In this document: positions 24,976-32,000 of the stretch, piece by piece
How the letters are laid out: each line of letters begins with the position of its first letter
Numbering within the stretch: the first letter of the stretch is position 1
Source of the DNA: Haloferax volcanii DS2
GTDB taxonomy: Archaea; Halobacteriota; Halobacteria; Halobacteriales; Haloferacaceae
NCBI RefSeq assembly: GCF_000025685.1
Contig: NC_013967.1
Span: forward strand, 1,800,001 to 1,832,000
Direction of reading: 5' to 3'
Length of the DNA stretch: 32,000 bases
Made by a program: the position numbers and the translations under genes
Notes under the pieces: model-generated
What the model was told of the DNA's origin: nothing
Seen by the model: only the letters and a program-made list of their open reading frames with translations
Databases searched by the model: none

Positions 24976-26259
24976 TCAGTCCTTGAAGAACGCGTCGTCC
25001 TCGAACGGCTCGTCCTCGCCTTCGACCGCGATGACGTCGAGCGCGGTGACGACCGCGCCCGTGTCGAGGATGCCGGCGAGGCTCGGGTTGGTTCGGCCCT
25101 CGTCGCCGGAGACGAGTTCCTTGATGTAGAGGCCGCCCTCGCCGTGGATTTCGACGGTCGCGTGGCGCGGGTCTTCGAGGTCGCCGGTGGCGTCGTAGAC
25201 GTGGCGGGTGCGGGTGATGCTCGCGCGGCGGTGGTCCACGCGGTTGGGGGTGTACTGCTCGATGGTCGCGCCGGTGAGTTCGTCCAGCGCGGCCGCCAGT
25301 TCCGCGTCGGTCACGTCGTCGTCGAACTCGACGGCGGCGCGGTACTCCTTGCTCGCGTCGAGTTTCTTCACGCGCTCGACCATGTCGTAGGTGGCGAGTC
25401 GGAGCCCCTCGACCTCGATTTCGCCGTCGGCCATCGCGTTGATGTCGCCTTCGAGCTGTTCGACGTCGACGGTGCGGCGACGCGGCTCCATGATTTCGAC
25501 CACGAACGGTCGGCCCGTGCCGAGCATGAGCGCGTCCACGTCCTCGCGGCCCGCGCCGTGGAACTTCGCGTCGACGCCGTCCATCACGTCCGTCACGACG
25601 GGGGCGACGAAGCCCTCGACGCTGTCCTCGTAGAGGTAGCCGGAGCCGCCGCAGTAGTCGCACGGCTCTTTACCCTTGTAGCCCGAGCCGTCGCACTCGC
25701 GGCAGGGCCACTCGGTCTGCGGGATGTCGCGGGCGAGCTTCCGGTAGCGCCCGTAGACGAACGCGGAGTTGAGTTGCGCCTCGACGGTGTCGGCTTCGAT
25801 GTCGAGGAGGAACTGCACGTCGGGGCGGGTGAAGTCCACCTCGGTGCCGGTGAGTCGGCCCACGCGCTTTCCGACCTCGCGGTTGAACTCGGATTTGAAC
25901 AGTTCGCCGGCGTCCTCGGGGAGCCCCGCGCCCTCGCGGAGGAGCAGTTCGTTCTCCTCGACGAGCGGCGGCGCGCGGGTGCCGACCTGGTACGTCTCGA
26001 CTTCCACGTCCTCGATGGCCTCTGCACAGCGCTCGGCCCAGTCGTCGAACTCGGCGCAGGCTCCCTCGCAGACCCAGCAGTCCTCGGTGTCGACGGCCTC
26101 GTACGGTTCGTCGTCGTCGAGGGCGGCGGCGACCCGGAGCGACTTGCCCCGCTCGGCGTTCGTCAGCCCGAAACTGCGCTCGGCGAAGGCCCGGCCCAGA
26201 CAGGCGTCGCAGACCGGCCCGCTCTCCGCGAGCGCTCGCGCGTCCTCAAGGATGCTCAT
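24976..26259 (-). CDS. pus10: tRNA pseudouridine(54/55) synthase Pus10
   Basis: 427 aa. N-terminal zinc cysteines (CDACLGR, CWVCEGAC), a second cysteine pair (CRECDGSG...CDYCGGSG), and the catalytic segment HGAGREDVDALMLGTGRPFVVE typical of Pus10. Confidence 0.9.
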   Translation of the reverse strand: MSILEDARALAESGPVCDACLGRAFAERSFGLTNAERGKSLRVAAALDDDEPYEAVDTEDCWVCEGACAEFDDWAERCAEAIEDVEVETYQVGTRAPPLVEENELLLREGAGLPEDAGELFKSEFNREVGKRVGRLTGTEVDFTRPDVQFLLDIEADTVEAQLNSAFVYGRYRKLARDIPQTEWPCRECDGSGYKGKEPCDYCGGSGYLYEDSVEGFVAPVVTDVMDGVDAKFHGAGREDVDALMLGTGRPFVVEIMEPRRRTVDVEQLEGDINAMADGEIEVEGLRLATYDMVERVKKLDASKEYRAAVEFDDDVTDAELAAALDELTGATIEQYTPNRVDHRRASITRTRHVYDATGDLEDPRHATVEIHGEGGLYIKELVSGDEGRTNPSLAGILDTGAVVTALDVIAVEGEDEPFEDDAFFKD

Positions 26260-26449
26260 GGTCGGTCTCTCTCGGGGCGCGCGTAACTAGCTTACTTTGT
26301 TCGTCGGGTCGCCGACGGCTTCGCTGGCGTTCCGCCACGCTGAGACGGTTGTCAACACGACCCGAGAGGAGTGCTATCTCGGCTCCGAGAAATTTGATGT
26401 ACGGCGGCGTGGTAGCCGTTTCAACGCCTGGGTCTACGGTCGATATCTC

Positions 26450-27427
26450 GTGTCTATCAATACGCAAACGAATCGGACGCTCGCACTGTTCGCGACCATC
26501 GCGGTCCTCTGGGGGACCTCCTTTATGGCTATCGAGGTCGGACTCGACGCCCTCCCGCCCGTGCTGTTCGCCGCCCTCCGGTACGACGTGGCCGGCGTCG
26601 TGCTGTTCGGCTACGGCCTGCTCGCGGCGGAGGACTGGCGGCCCCGCGGCCGCGACGAGTGGCTCGTCGTCTTCGTCGGCGGCGCGCTCCTCATCGGCGC
26701 GCACTTCTCGCTTCTGTTCTCCGGCCAGCGGTACGTGACGAGCGGCGTCTCGGCCATCGTCATCAGCCTCGCGCCCGTCCTCACGCCGCTTTTCGCGTGG
26801 CCGATGCTCCCCGAAGAGCGCCTCGACGCGTTCGGCTTCCTCGGCGTCTTGCTGGGGCTGGCCGGAACGGTGGTCATCGCCCTCGCGTCCGGGTCGGTCG
26901 GCGGCCAACTCTTCGGCGTCCTCTTGCTGTTTCTCGCCGCCGCGGCGTGGGCGTTCGGCTCGGTACTCGTCAAGCGACTTCCCGGCAACCCGCCGGTCGT
27001 TCCGATGCAGTCGTGGATGATGCTCATCGGCGCGGCCATGCTCCACGTCACGAGCCCCGTCCTCGGCGAACCCGGCCTCGCGAGCGTGGCGTGGACGCCC
27101 GTCGTCGTCGCCGCGCTGCTGTTTTTGGCCGTGCTGTGCAGCGCCGTCGGCTTCATCGCCTACTTCGTCCTGCTCGACCGCATCGGCGCGGTCGAAATCA
27201 GCCTCGTCAACTACGTCACGCCGGTCGTCGCCGCCGTCACCGGCTGGGCGTTCCTCGGCGAGCGCCTCGGCCCCGTCACCGTCGCCGGCTTTGCGCTCAT
27301 CCTCGCCGGCTTCGCGTTCATGAAGCGCGACGCGCTCGGCCCGCTTGGGCGGCGCTTCGGCGTCCGCGTCGGCCTCGTCGCGCCCGCACCGGCGGCCGAC
27401 CCGGACGGACTGCCGGCTGACGACTGA
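26450..27427 (+). CDS. EamA/DMT superfamily transporter
   Basis: About 10 TM with two EamA-like halves (LWGTSFMAIEVGL... and AAAWAFGSVLVKRL...). There is no ATG before the first TM, so the GTG at 26450 (VSINTQTNRTLALF...) is the most plausible start. The track ORF begins at 26297. Confidence 0.82.
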   Translation: MSINTQTNRTLALFATIAVLWGTSFMAIEVGLDALPPVLFAALRYDVAGVVLFGYGLLAAEDWRPRGRDEWLVVFVGGALLIGAHFSLLFSGQRYVTSGVSAIVISLAPVLTPLFAWPMLPEERLDAFGFLGVLLGLAGTVVIALASGSVGGQLFGVLLLFLAAAAWAFGSVLVKRLPGNPPVVPMQSWMMLIGAAMLHVTSPVLGEPGLASVAWTPVVVAALLFLAVLCSAVGFIAYFVLLDRIGAVEISLVNYVTPVVAAVTGWAFLGERLGPVTVAGFALILAGFAFMKRDALGPLGRRFGVRVGLVAPAPAADPDGLPADD

Positions 27428-27510
27428 GTCGCTCCCGTCGCTGCTCTCGCGCCGCGTTACGCTCCCGTCGCTCCGCGTGCAACAGCGCGAGTCGTCACCC
27501 GCTTCGGTCG

Positions 27511-27549
27511 AAAAAAAGCTCCGTCGCGTCCGACGCCGGCCTCGGCGTC
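27511..27549 (-). terminator. 7-bp stem hairpin (GACGCCG-AGGC-CGGCGUC) followed by U7, downstream of the lipoprotein gene
   Basis: Stem 27532-27538 pairs with 27543-27549. The A7 run at 27511-27517 on the plus strand gives T7 on the minus strand. Confidence 0.55.
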
Positions 27550-27567
27550 GGTCGTCGGTCGTCGTCC

Positions 27568-28161
27568 TCAGTTGCTGGTCTCGTTGCCGGACGACGTGGT
27601 CGTCTCGGTCGCCGTCGTCGTGGTCGTCTCGTTCGTCGCGGTTTCGTTCGTGGTCGTCTCGTTCGTCGCGGTTTCGTTCGTGGTCGTCGTCGTCGCGGTC
27701 TCCCCGGCACCGACCTCGTGAGTCGCGAGGACCTCTTCGGCACCCTCGCTGCCGACCCAGACGACCTCGACCGTCGAGCCGCTTTCTGCGGACTCGATTT
27801 CGAGGAAGTTACCGACCGAGACGGGGAACTCCCCGCCCTTGTCGCCGTCAGCGACCCACGTCGCGGTGCGCTCGTCGTCGACGGTGACGTAGACCTCGTC
27901 CGTTCCCTCGTCGGTGATTTTCTCGCCGCCCATGTGGACGACGCGGAGGACGCCGCTGTTCGTGCGGAAGGTGAGTTCCGGCGACGGGACCTCGGCCGGT
28001 TCGGCCTCGGTCGTCGTCTCGCCAGTCGTACTGTTGCCGGTCTCGTTGCCCGTCTCGGTATCCGCGGTCGGCTGCGACTCGGAGCCACCGCCCATACAAC
28101 CGGCGGTGGTGAGGAGGGCTCCCGTCGTGGCGACGCTCTTCAGGAAGGTTCGTCGTTCCAT
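27568..28161 (-). CDS. Secreted Tat lipoprotein with Thr/Asn/Glu-rich, N-glycosylation-sequon-rich termini
   Basis: MERRTFLKSVATTGALLTTAGC has a twin-arginine motif plus a lipobox Cys. The mature part has a beta-rich core (LRVVHMGGEKITDEGTDEVYVTVDDE...VEVVWVGSEG). The C-terminus is TNETATNETTTNETATNETTTTTATETTTSSGNETSN. Confidence 0.85.
   Translation of the reverse strand: MERRTFLKSVATTGALLTTAGCMGGGSESQPTADTETGNETGNSTTGETTTEAEPAEVPSPELTFRTNSGVLRVVHMGGEKITDEGTDEVYVTVDDERTATWVADGDKGGEFPVSVGNFLEIESAESGSTVEVVWVGSEGAEEVLATHEVGAGETATTTTTNETATNETTTNETATNETTTTTATETTTSSGNETSN
27621..27680. repeat. Perfect 30-bp tandem duplication (tggtcgtctcgttcgtcgcggtttcgttcg x2, plus 8 nt of a third unit) inside the lipoprotein gene
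   Basis: Read directly: 27621-27650 is identical to 27651-27680. Each unit encodes a 10-aa Thr/Asn/Glu-rich unit containing two NET sequons, giving the duplicated TNETATNETT segment. Confidence 0.92.
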
Positions 28162-28182
28162 ACGCCACGGTTTGCAAGCTCG

Positions 28183-28189
28183 TATATAT
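28183..28189 (-). promoter_or_regulatory. TATA box (ATATATA) about 25 nt upstream of the lipoprotein ATG, within a 90-bp AT-rich spacer
   Basis: The plus strand reads cgtatatatg at 28181-28190. The ATG is at 28159-28161. Confidence 0.45.
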
Positions 28190-28261
28190 GTCTTGTAGTT
28201 TATATTTTGGGGGGAGATAACCAGCCACATACCCGGTTTAGTTAGTTTGTTTTTCAGATAG

Positions 28262-28856
28262 TTACAATAGGCCAACCTGTCCGAGCAGCCACAGGGCGAC
28301 GAGCGCAGTCGCCGCGCCGAGCGCGACGAGCAGGAGGGTGACGGCGGCCACCGCGGCCACGAGGAAGCGCCGGTCGGCCGCTGCGGCCGCGGGGGAGGTG
28401 TCGTCGCATCGGGCTTCCAACAGCCGGACGTTCCGGGCGTTGGCCTTCCACGCCGCGTCGAACACGTCGCCGACGAGCGGTATCGACCCGACGGTCGCGT
28501 CGAGGACGAGGTTGCCGAGCATCCGCGCGAGCGTCGCCCGCGGCACGCCGAGCATGGCGGCCTCGACGAGGATGTACGCCGTCAAGCGCCGAGGCCGTCG
28601 CGTCACCGATTCCCGGCACGAGCCCCAGTATCGGGTCGAGGCCGACGCGGTAGTTCGTCCCCGGAATCTCGACCGCCTCGTCGAGGTAGAAGCTCACCGT
28701 GCGGAGTCGCGCGAGGGTCTCCTCGTCGGTGACGCCAGTCGCCTCGAACTCGACGACTGCATCGGGTTCCAGCGGTTCGTCGCCGTCGCCGCTGCCGTCG
28801 TTGGCGTCGTCGCTCTCCGACGCGGTCGTCGCCGGGGTGTTCGAGGAATCGTTCAC
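28262..28856 (-). pseudogene. DUF4112 family membrane protein gene disrupted by a 1-nt frameshift near 28583-28586
   Basis: The upstream frame (from GTG 28854-28856) encodes ...LARLRTVSFYLDEAVEIPGTNYRVGLDPILGLVPGIGDATASAL. The downstream frame (track ORF 28262..28606) encodes ...LTAYILVEAAMLGVPRATLARMLGNLVLDATVGSIPLVGDVFDAAWKANARNVRLLE. Joined, they give a complete DUF4112 core. Removing one T from GCGCTTGACGGCG restores ASALTAYILVEAA. Confidence 0.7.
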
Positions 28857-28939
28857 ACACGTCGAGTCGCGCGCGCGGACCTTGAGGCTAGCGTCGATAG
28901 GAGGCCTGTCGAGTCGAAGCGGACCGCGCGAGACCGCCG

Positions 28940-28983
28940 AAAAAAGCGAGGCGCGCCGCCCCCACGGTTCGGGCGCGCGCGCC
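28940..28983 (-). terminator. Strong GC hairpin (about 12 bp with one bulge) followed by U6, about 90-130 nt downstream of aceB
   Basis: ggcgcgccgccc (28950-28961) pairs with gggcgcgcgcgcc (28971-28983). The A6 run at 28940-28945 on the plus strand gives T6 on the minus strand. Confidence 0.55.
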
Positions 28984-29071
28984 GCAGAGCTCCGAAACCG
29001 GACGCCGTCGTCTGACCAAGCCGGAAACCGGGGCCGACGGCGGACCCCCTGTGGCGGACCGCCTTCCGCGC

Positions 29072-30373
29072 TTACAGACCCACCTCCATCGCGCGCTCGA
29101 CGACGCCCGCGCCGTAGCGTTCTTCCAGTTCTTCGTGTTGGTCCGGGCGGTTCTCGTACACGTCTTGGAACAGGCTGATGGGCGTCATCGCGGCCTGATA
29201 GGTCGCTTCGTCCCACATCCGGTCTTTTTCGATGTCGATTTCGGTGCCGCCGATGCGGAGCGTCGCGGACTGCGTCATGGCGATAGCGCCGCGGCCGGCC
29301 TCCTTGGCCGCCTCGAACTCCTCCATGGAGTCGACGATGTCGTCCATGCTCGGGACGTACGAGGTCAGACCCAGCAGTTCCTCGCGGAGTTCGTCGGCGG
29401 TGAGCTCCCGCGCGTCGCCGCCAACGCGGAGTTCGTAGCCGCCGTCGGTGGCTTCGAGCGAGAGGCGGTCGCCGTCGTACGCCTCGACGCCGTCCTCGGA
29501 CGCGAGTTCGACCTCCTCGCCGTCCGCGTCGAGGAGCCAACTGCCGGTCTTCGGCGGGAGCGGCGAGGTGTTTGCCTCGACGACCTGTCCGGGCGTGAGC
29601 GACCAGATGCCGAGCATCCCCTTCGCCTGATTGTCGGTCATGCGCTCGCGGTAGCCCTCCACGTCGCGGATGTCGTCGTAGGGGCCGTCCACGGCGACAC
29701 AGCCGGCGGCGCTGGCCCCGCGCGAGGTGTTGTGTCGAAGCTCCGGCCACGCCGGGAGTTCGCCCGTCGGCGTCATGGCGCGCATGTCCTTCGTGTAGTC
29801 GACCTCGCCGTCGACGAGGAGGAACAGCCGTTCGAGGTTGTTCGTCGGCTTGCCCATCTCGTCGCGGAGGTCGCCCATGGCGAGTTCGGCCTCGCCGCTC
29901 TCGATGATGACCGACATGGCGAGGCTCCCCTCGTCGAGGCCGTGCTCGTGCTCGACGATGGTGAAGAACTCGTCGGCCTTCTTCCAGTCGTCGATGCCGC
30001 CGACCTCGGGGATGACGAAGCCGTGGATGTGCTCGACCGCCCCGCGCTCGGGGTCGGTGATGTCGAGCATGTGCTGGAAGCCCTGATATCGGGTCTCGGG
30101 GCTGTCGCGGTGCCAGACCATCCGGGGGTGAATCTCGCCCGGGAACTCCGCGCCCTGTTCGGAGATGACTTCGACGATGTTCTCGGCTCCCTCGTCGCGC
30201 ATCGACGGCGCGGTGGCGTCCTCGTTGTCGGGGACCCACACGTCGGGCGCTTGCATCCCGCGGAGGCCGGCCGCCCGTCGGAGCATCTTCGCGGAGTCGT
30301 CTTCGCCCTCGACGGCCGTCGGCGAGGTGAAGAACGTCCGCACGAACTCCCTGTCGTGTCTGCGCTCAGTCAT
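29072..30373 (-). CDS. aceB: Malate synthase, haloarchaeal type (MSH)
   Basis: 433 aa starting [26 protein letters not shown]. The size and N-terminus match my memory of the Haloferax volcanii enzyme. It lies directly downstream of isocitrate lyase with an 8-nt overlap. Confidence 0.93.
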   Translation of the reverse strand: MTERRHDREFVRTFFTSPTAVEGEDDSAKMLRRAAGLRGMQAPDVWVPDNEDATAPSMRDEGAENIVEVISEQGAEFPGEIHPRMVWHRDSPETRYQGFQHMLDITDPERGAVEHIHGFVIPEVGGIDDWKKADEFFTIVEHEHGLDEGSLAMSVIIESGEAELAMGDLRDEMGKPTNNLERLFLLVDGEVDYTKDMRAMTPTGELPAWPELRHNTSRGASAAGCVAVDGPYDDIRDVEGYRERMTDNQAKGMLGIWSLTPGQVVEANTSPLPPKTGSWLLDADGEEVELASEDGVEAYDGDRLSLEATDGGYELRVGGDARELTADELREELLGLTSYVPSMDDIVDSMEEFEAAKEAGRGAIAMTQSATLRIGGTEIDIEKDRMWDEATYQAAMTPISLFQDVYENRPDQHEELEERYGAGVVERAMEVGL

Positions 30374-31403
30374 CGTCGTTGCTCGTGATGGGGTCGGCCT
30401 GCTCCTCGCTGAACCCTTCGGACTCCTCGATGCGGCGGCGCGCCTCGGGGTCGAACTCCGTCTCGATGTCCTGGTACCGCGAGACGAACGACAGCTCGTG
30501 GTGGCTCTCGGTCGGGTGGTCGAGGTAGCGCTGTTCGAGGTCGAACTGGCCTTCCTCGTCCTGTTCGGCGAGCTTCTTGAAGTCCTCGTAGACGGCGTGC
30601 GCGCCCGAGTGGAGGCCGAACAGCGTGATGAAGATGTACTTGTAGCCGAGGTCGCCCAGCTCTTGGAACGTCAACGGGTCCTCCTCTTCGGACCACGCGA
30701 ACGACGACGAGTAGTTGAACGCGAGCTTCAGGTCCGGATGCGTCTCGTGAATCTCCTCGGCGTAGGCGACGGCGTCCTCGCGCGAGGGGTTCGGCATCTC
30801 GGGCCAGACGATGTCGACGCCGGCGTCGGCGTAGATGCGGCCGCGCTCGACGTGCTCGTCCCAGTCTCCGTTCGAAGAGCCGTAGGCGTCGGTGCGGGCG
30901 ATGACGACCGTGTCCTCCGACTGCTTGGCGTCGACGGCGGCCTCGAAGCGAGCCTTGGCCTTCTCGCGGGAGACGATTTGCTTGCCCGCGATGTGGCCGC
31001 AGCGCTTGGGCGTCGTCTGGTCTTCGATGTGGACGGCGGCGACGCCGGCCTTCTCGTACTCGCGGACGGCGCGGCGGACGTTGTGGATGCCGCCGTAGCC
31101 CGTGTCGCAGTCGGCGATGACCGGCAAGTTCGTCGCCTCGACCATGCGCTTTGCGTTCTCGACCATCTCGGTCATCGTGACCATCTCCAGGTCGGGGAAG
31201 CCGAACTGCCCGAGGACGGTCGAGTAGCCGGACATGTAGGCGGCGTCGTGGCCCGTCATCTCGGCGAGGCGGGCGTCGAGCGCGTGGTACATGCCGGGGG
31301 CGAACACGAAGTCCTGCGTGTTCAGCATCTCCCGCAGTTCGCGGGCCTTCTGGTTGTCAACATCCTGTGCGAAGACGTCGCTGTCGAGTTCGGTCGGATT
31401 CAT
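30366..31403 (-). CDS. aceA: Isocitrate lyase
   Basis: 345 aa from ATG 31401-31403 ([27 protein letters not shown]...). Contains the ICL signature KRCGH ([11 protein letters not shown]). The 128-codon upstream extension in the track has poor GC3 next to the ATG and is rejected. Confidence 0.94.
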   Translation of the reverse strand: MNPTELDSDVFAQDVDNQKARELREMLNTQDFVFAPGMYHALDARLAEMTGHDAAYMSGYSTVLGQFGFPDLEMVTMTEMVENAKRMVEATNLPVIADCDTGYGGIHNVRRAVREYEKAGVAAVHIEDQTTPKRCGHIAGKQIVSREKAKARFEAAVDAKQSEDTVVIARTDAYGSSNGDWDEHVERGRIYADAGVDIVWPEMPNPSREDAVAYAEEIHETHPDLKLAFNYSSSFAWSEEEDPLTFQELGDLGYKYIFITLFGLHSGAHAVYEDFKKLAEQDEEGQFDLEQRYLDHPTESHHELSFVSRYQDIETEFDPEARRRIEESEGFSEEQADPITSNDDD

Positions 31404-31654
31404 TGGGTGTCGGTGGACTGCATCGTTCGCTCGATGCGGTTCAGTTGGGCGCGGAGCGCGGCGAGTTCGCGCCGAATCGTCGTCATCTCGTCGTCCTCGC
31501 CCGGCCGCTGGATGAAGGGGACGAGCGGCGCGTCCATGTTCTCCTCGTTGTTGGGGTAGCGCCGCACGGCGGGGGGACGAGTCGGCGTCGAGCGAGCGGT
31601 GGTCGGCGTGCGGGTCGTCGTGTCGGTTCGGGTCGTGTTGTCGCGGTTTGTCAT
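31400..31654 (-). CDS. Small ORF (84 aa; alternative 45-aa form from ATG 31535-31537) translationally coupled to aceA
   Basis: GC3 is about 88 percent over all 84 codons (my count). The stop TGA overlaps the aceA ATG (ATGA at 31400-31403). The C-terminal half [45 protein letters not shown] is acidic and helix-prone. A GGAG lies 6-7 nt before the internal ATG. Confidence 0.55.
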   Translation of the reverse strand: MTNRDNTTRTDTTTRTPTTARSTPTRPPAVRRYPNNEENMDAPLVPFIQRPGEDDEMTTIRRELAALRAQLNRIERTMQSTDTQ

Positions 31655-31782
31655 CGGTTACGTTGGTGAGGTCGGCGGTCGGTAGCGGTCGGTTCGTATC
31701 GCGGTCGTCGAGCGGTTGGACGCGTGGTGTGCTGCGGATACTACCATCGGATGTCTCCTCACCCGGTTCGACTGCCGAGTCG

Positions 31783-31860
31783 TACAAATAGTTAATGATT
31801 GATAATGATAATATTAGCCAATGACTTAATTCTGTACGAACGAATATAAGGCCCTAATTT
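31783..31860 (-). promoter_or_regulatory. AT-rich promoter region upstream of the small-ORF/aceA/aceB operon
   Basis: About 75-bp A+T-rich island: gtacaaatagttaatgattgataatgataatattagccaatgacttaattctgtac. It contains tandem GATAAT GATAAT (31801-31812), three AATGAY motifs (31794, 31804, 31820) and a flanking inverted GTACA/TGTAC pair (31782-31786 and 31833-31837). Confidence 0.45.
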
Positions 31861-32000
31861 GACACGCGGTAACACACTATCCGTTTCGCAGGGTCAGAGC
31901 GTCGTCGGCTCCACCCGGCGACCGGGCGTGCCACGCCGTGACGGGGCGTTCCGCGGACACTACGCTTAATCGCGTCCACGACCGACGACGCACCAACGAA

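Noticed and set aside
28575-28595. Programmed ribosomal frameshift in the DUF4112 gene.
   Set aside because: There is no slippery heptamer at the junction (GCG CTT GAC GGC) and no obvious stimulatory structure. A simple 1-nt indel explains it.
28254-30239. 661-aa minus-strand ORF overlapping malate synthase in another frame.
   Set aside because: It is Arg-rich nonsense over aceB. Only its last roughly 90 codons (28584-28856) are real coding sequence, and these are the N-terminal half of the frameshifted DUF4112 gene.
31404-31787. N-terminal 128-codon extension of isocitrate lyase (track ORF 30366..31787). Analogous extensions exist for pgi (to 17213), the PHP gene (to 19346), secF (from 21125), dut (from 6553) and the lipoprotein (to 28275).
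   Set aside because: The extensions start at non-ATG codons, have poor GC3 or basic, low-complexity composition, and run through promoters or neighbouring genes. Internal ATGs give proteins of canonical length with TATA boxes at the right distance.
31861-32000. A possible gene fragment or RNA at the right edge of the window.
   Set aside because: Two minus-strand frames are open to the window edge, but they translate to basic sequences with only 67-75 percent GC3. The plus-strand ORFs are under 40 codons. There is too little sequence to call anything.

Overview
High-GC (roughly two-thirds G+C by eye) haloarchaeal chromosomal DNA. Proteins are acidic, third codon positions are very GC-rich, and every real gene casts long Arg/Gly/Asp-rich shadow ORFs on the other frames. 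Gene content and order match what I recall for a Haloferax volcanii-type main chromosome, but I cannot verify this without a search: aconitase, dut, panB, pdaD, infB, PRC-barrel/NOB1, pgi, secFD, rnhB, pus10, aceB-aceA. The window is mostly densely packed core housekeeping genes. I saw no tRNA/rRNA, CRISPR array, transposase or integrase. The points worth a second look: (1) a roughly 1080-aa Bat-type regulator split by an in-frame TAG inside a GAF domain; (2) a translationally coupled operon of CDP-alcohol phosphatidyltransferase, PHP phosphoesterase and DedA, behind an unusually AT-rich, palindrome-laden promoter; (3) an 84-codon ORF with strong coding signature coupled by an ATGA overlap to the isocitrate lyase start; (4) a frameshifted DUF4112 gene; (5) an 11-bp tandem repeat array and a perfect 30-bp duplication inside a Tat lipoprotein gene; (6) a 53-codon two-TM ORF missing from the ORF track; (7) a 0.4-kb unassigned gap upstream of panB. 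All functional calls rest on motifs read by eye and remembered family signatures. No database search was possible.
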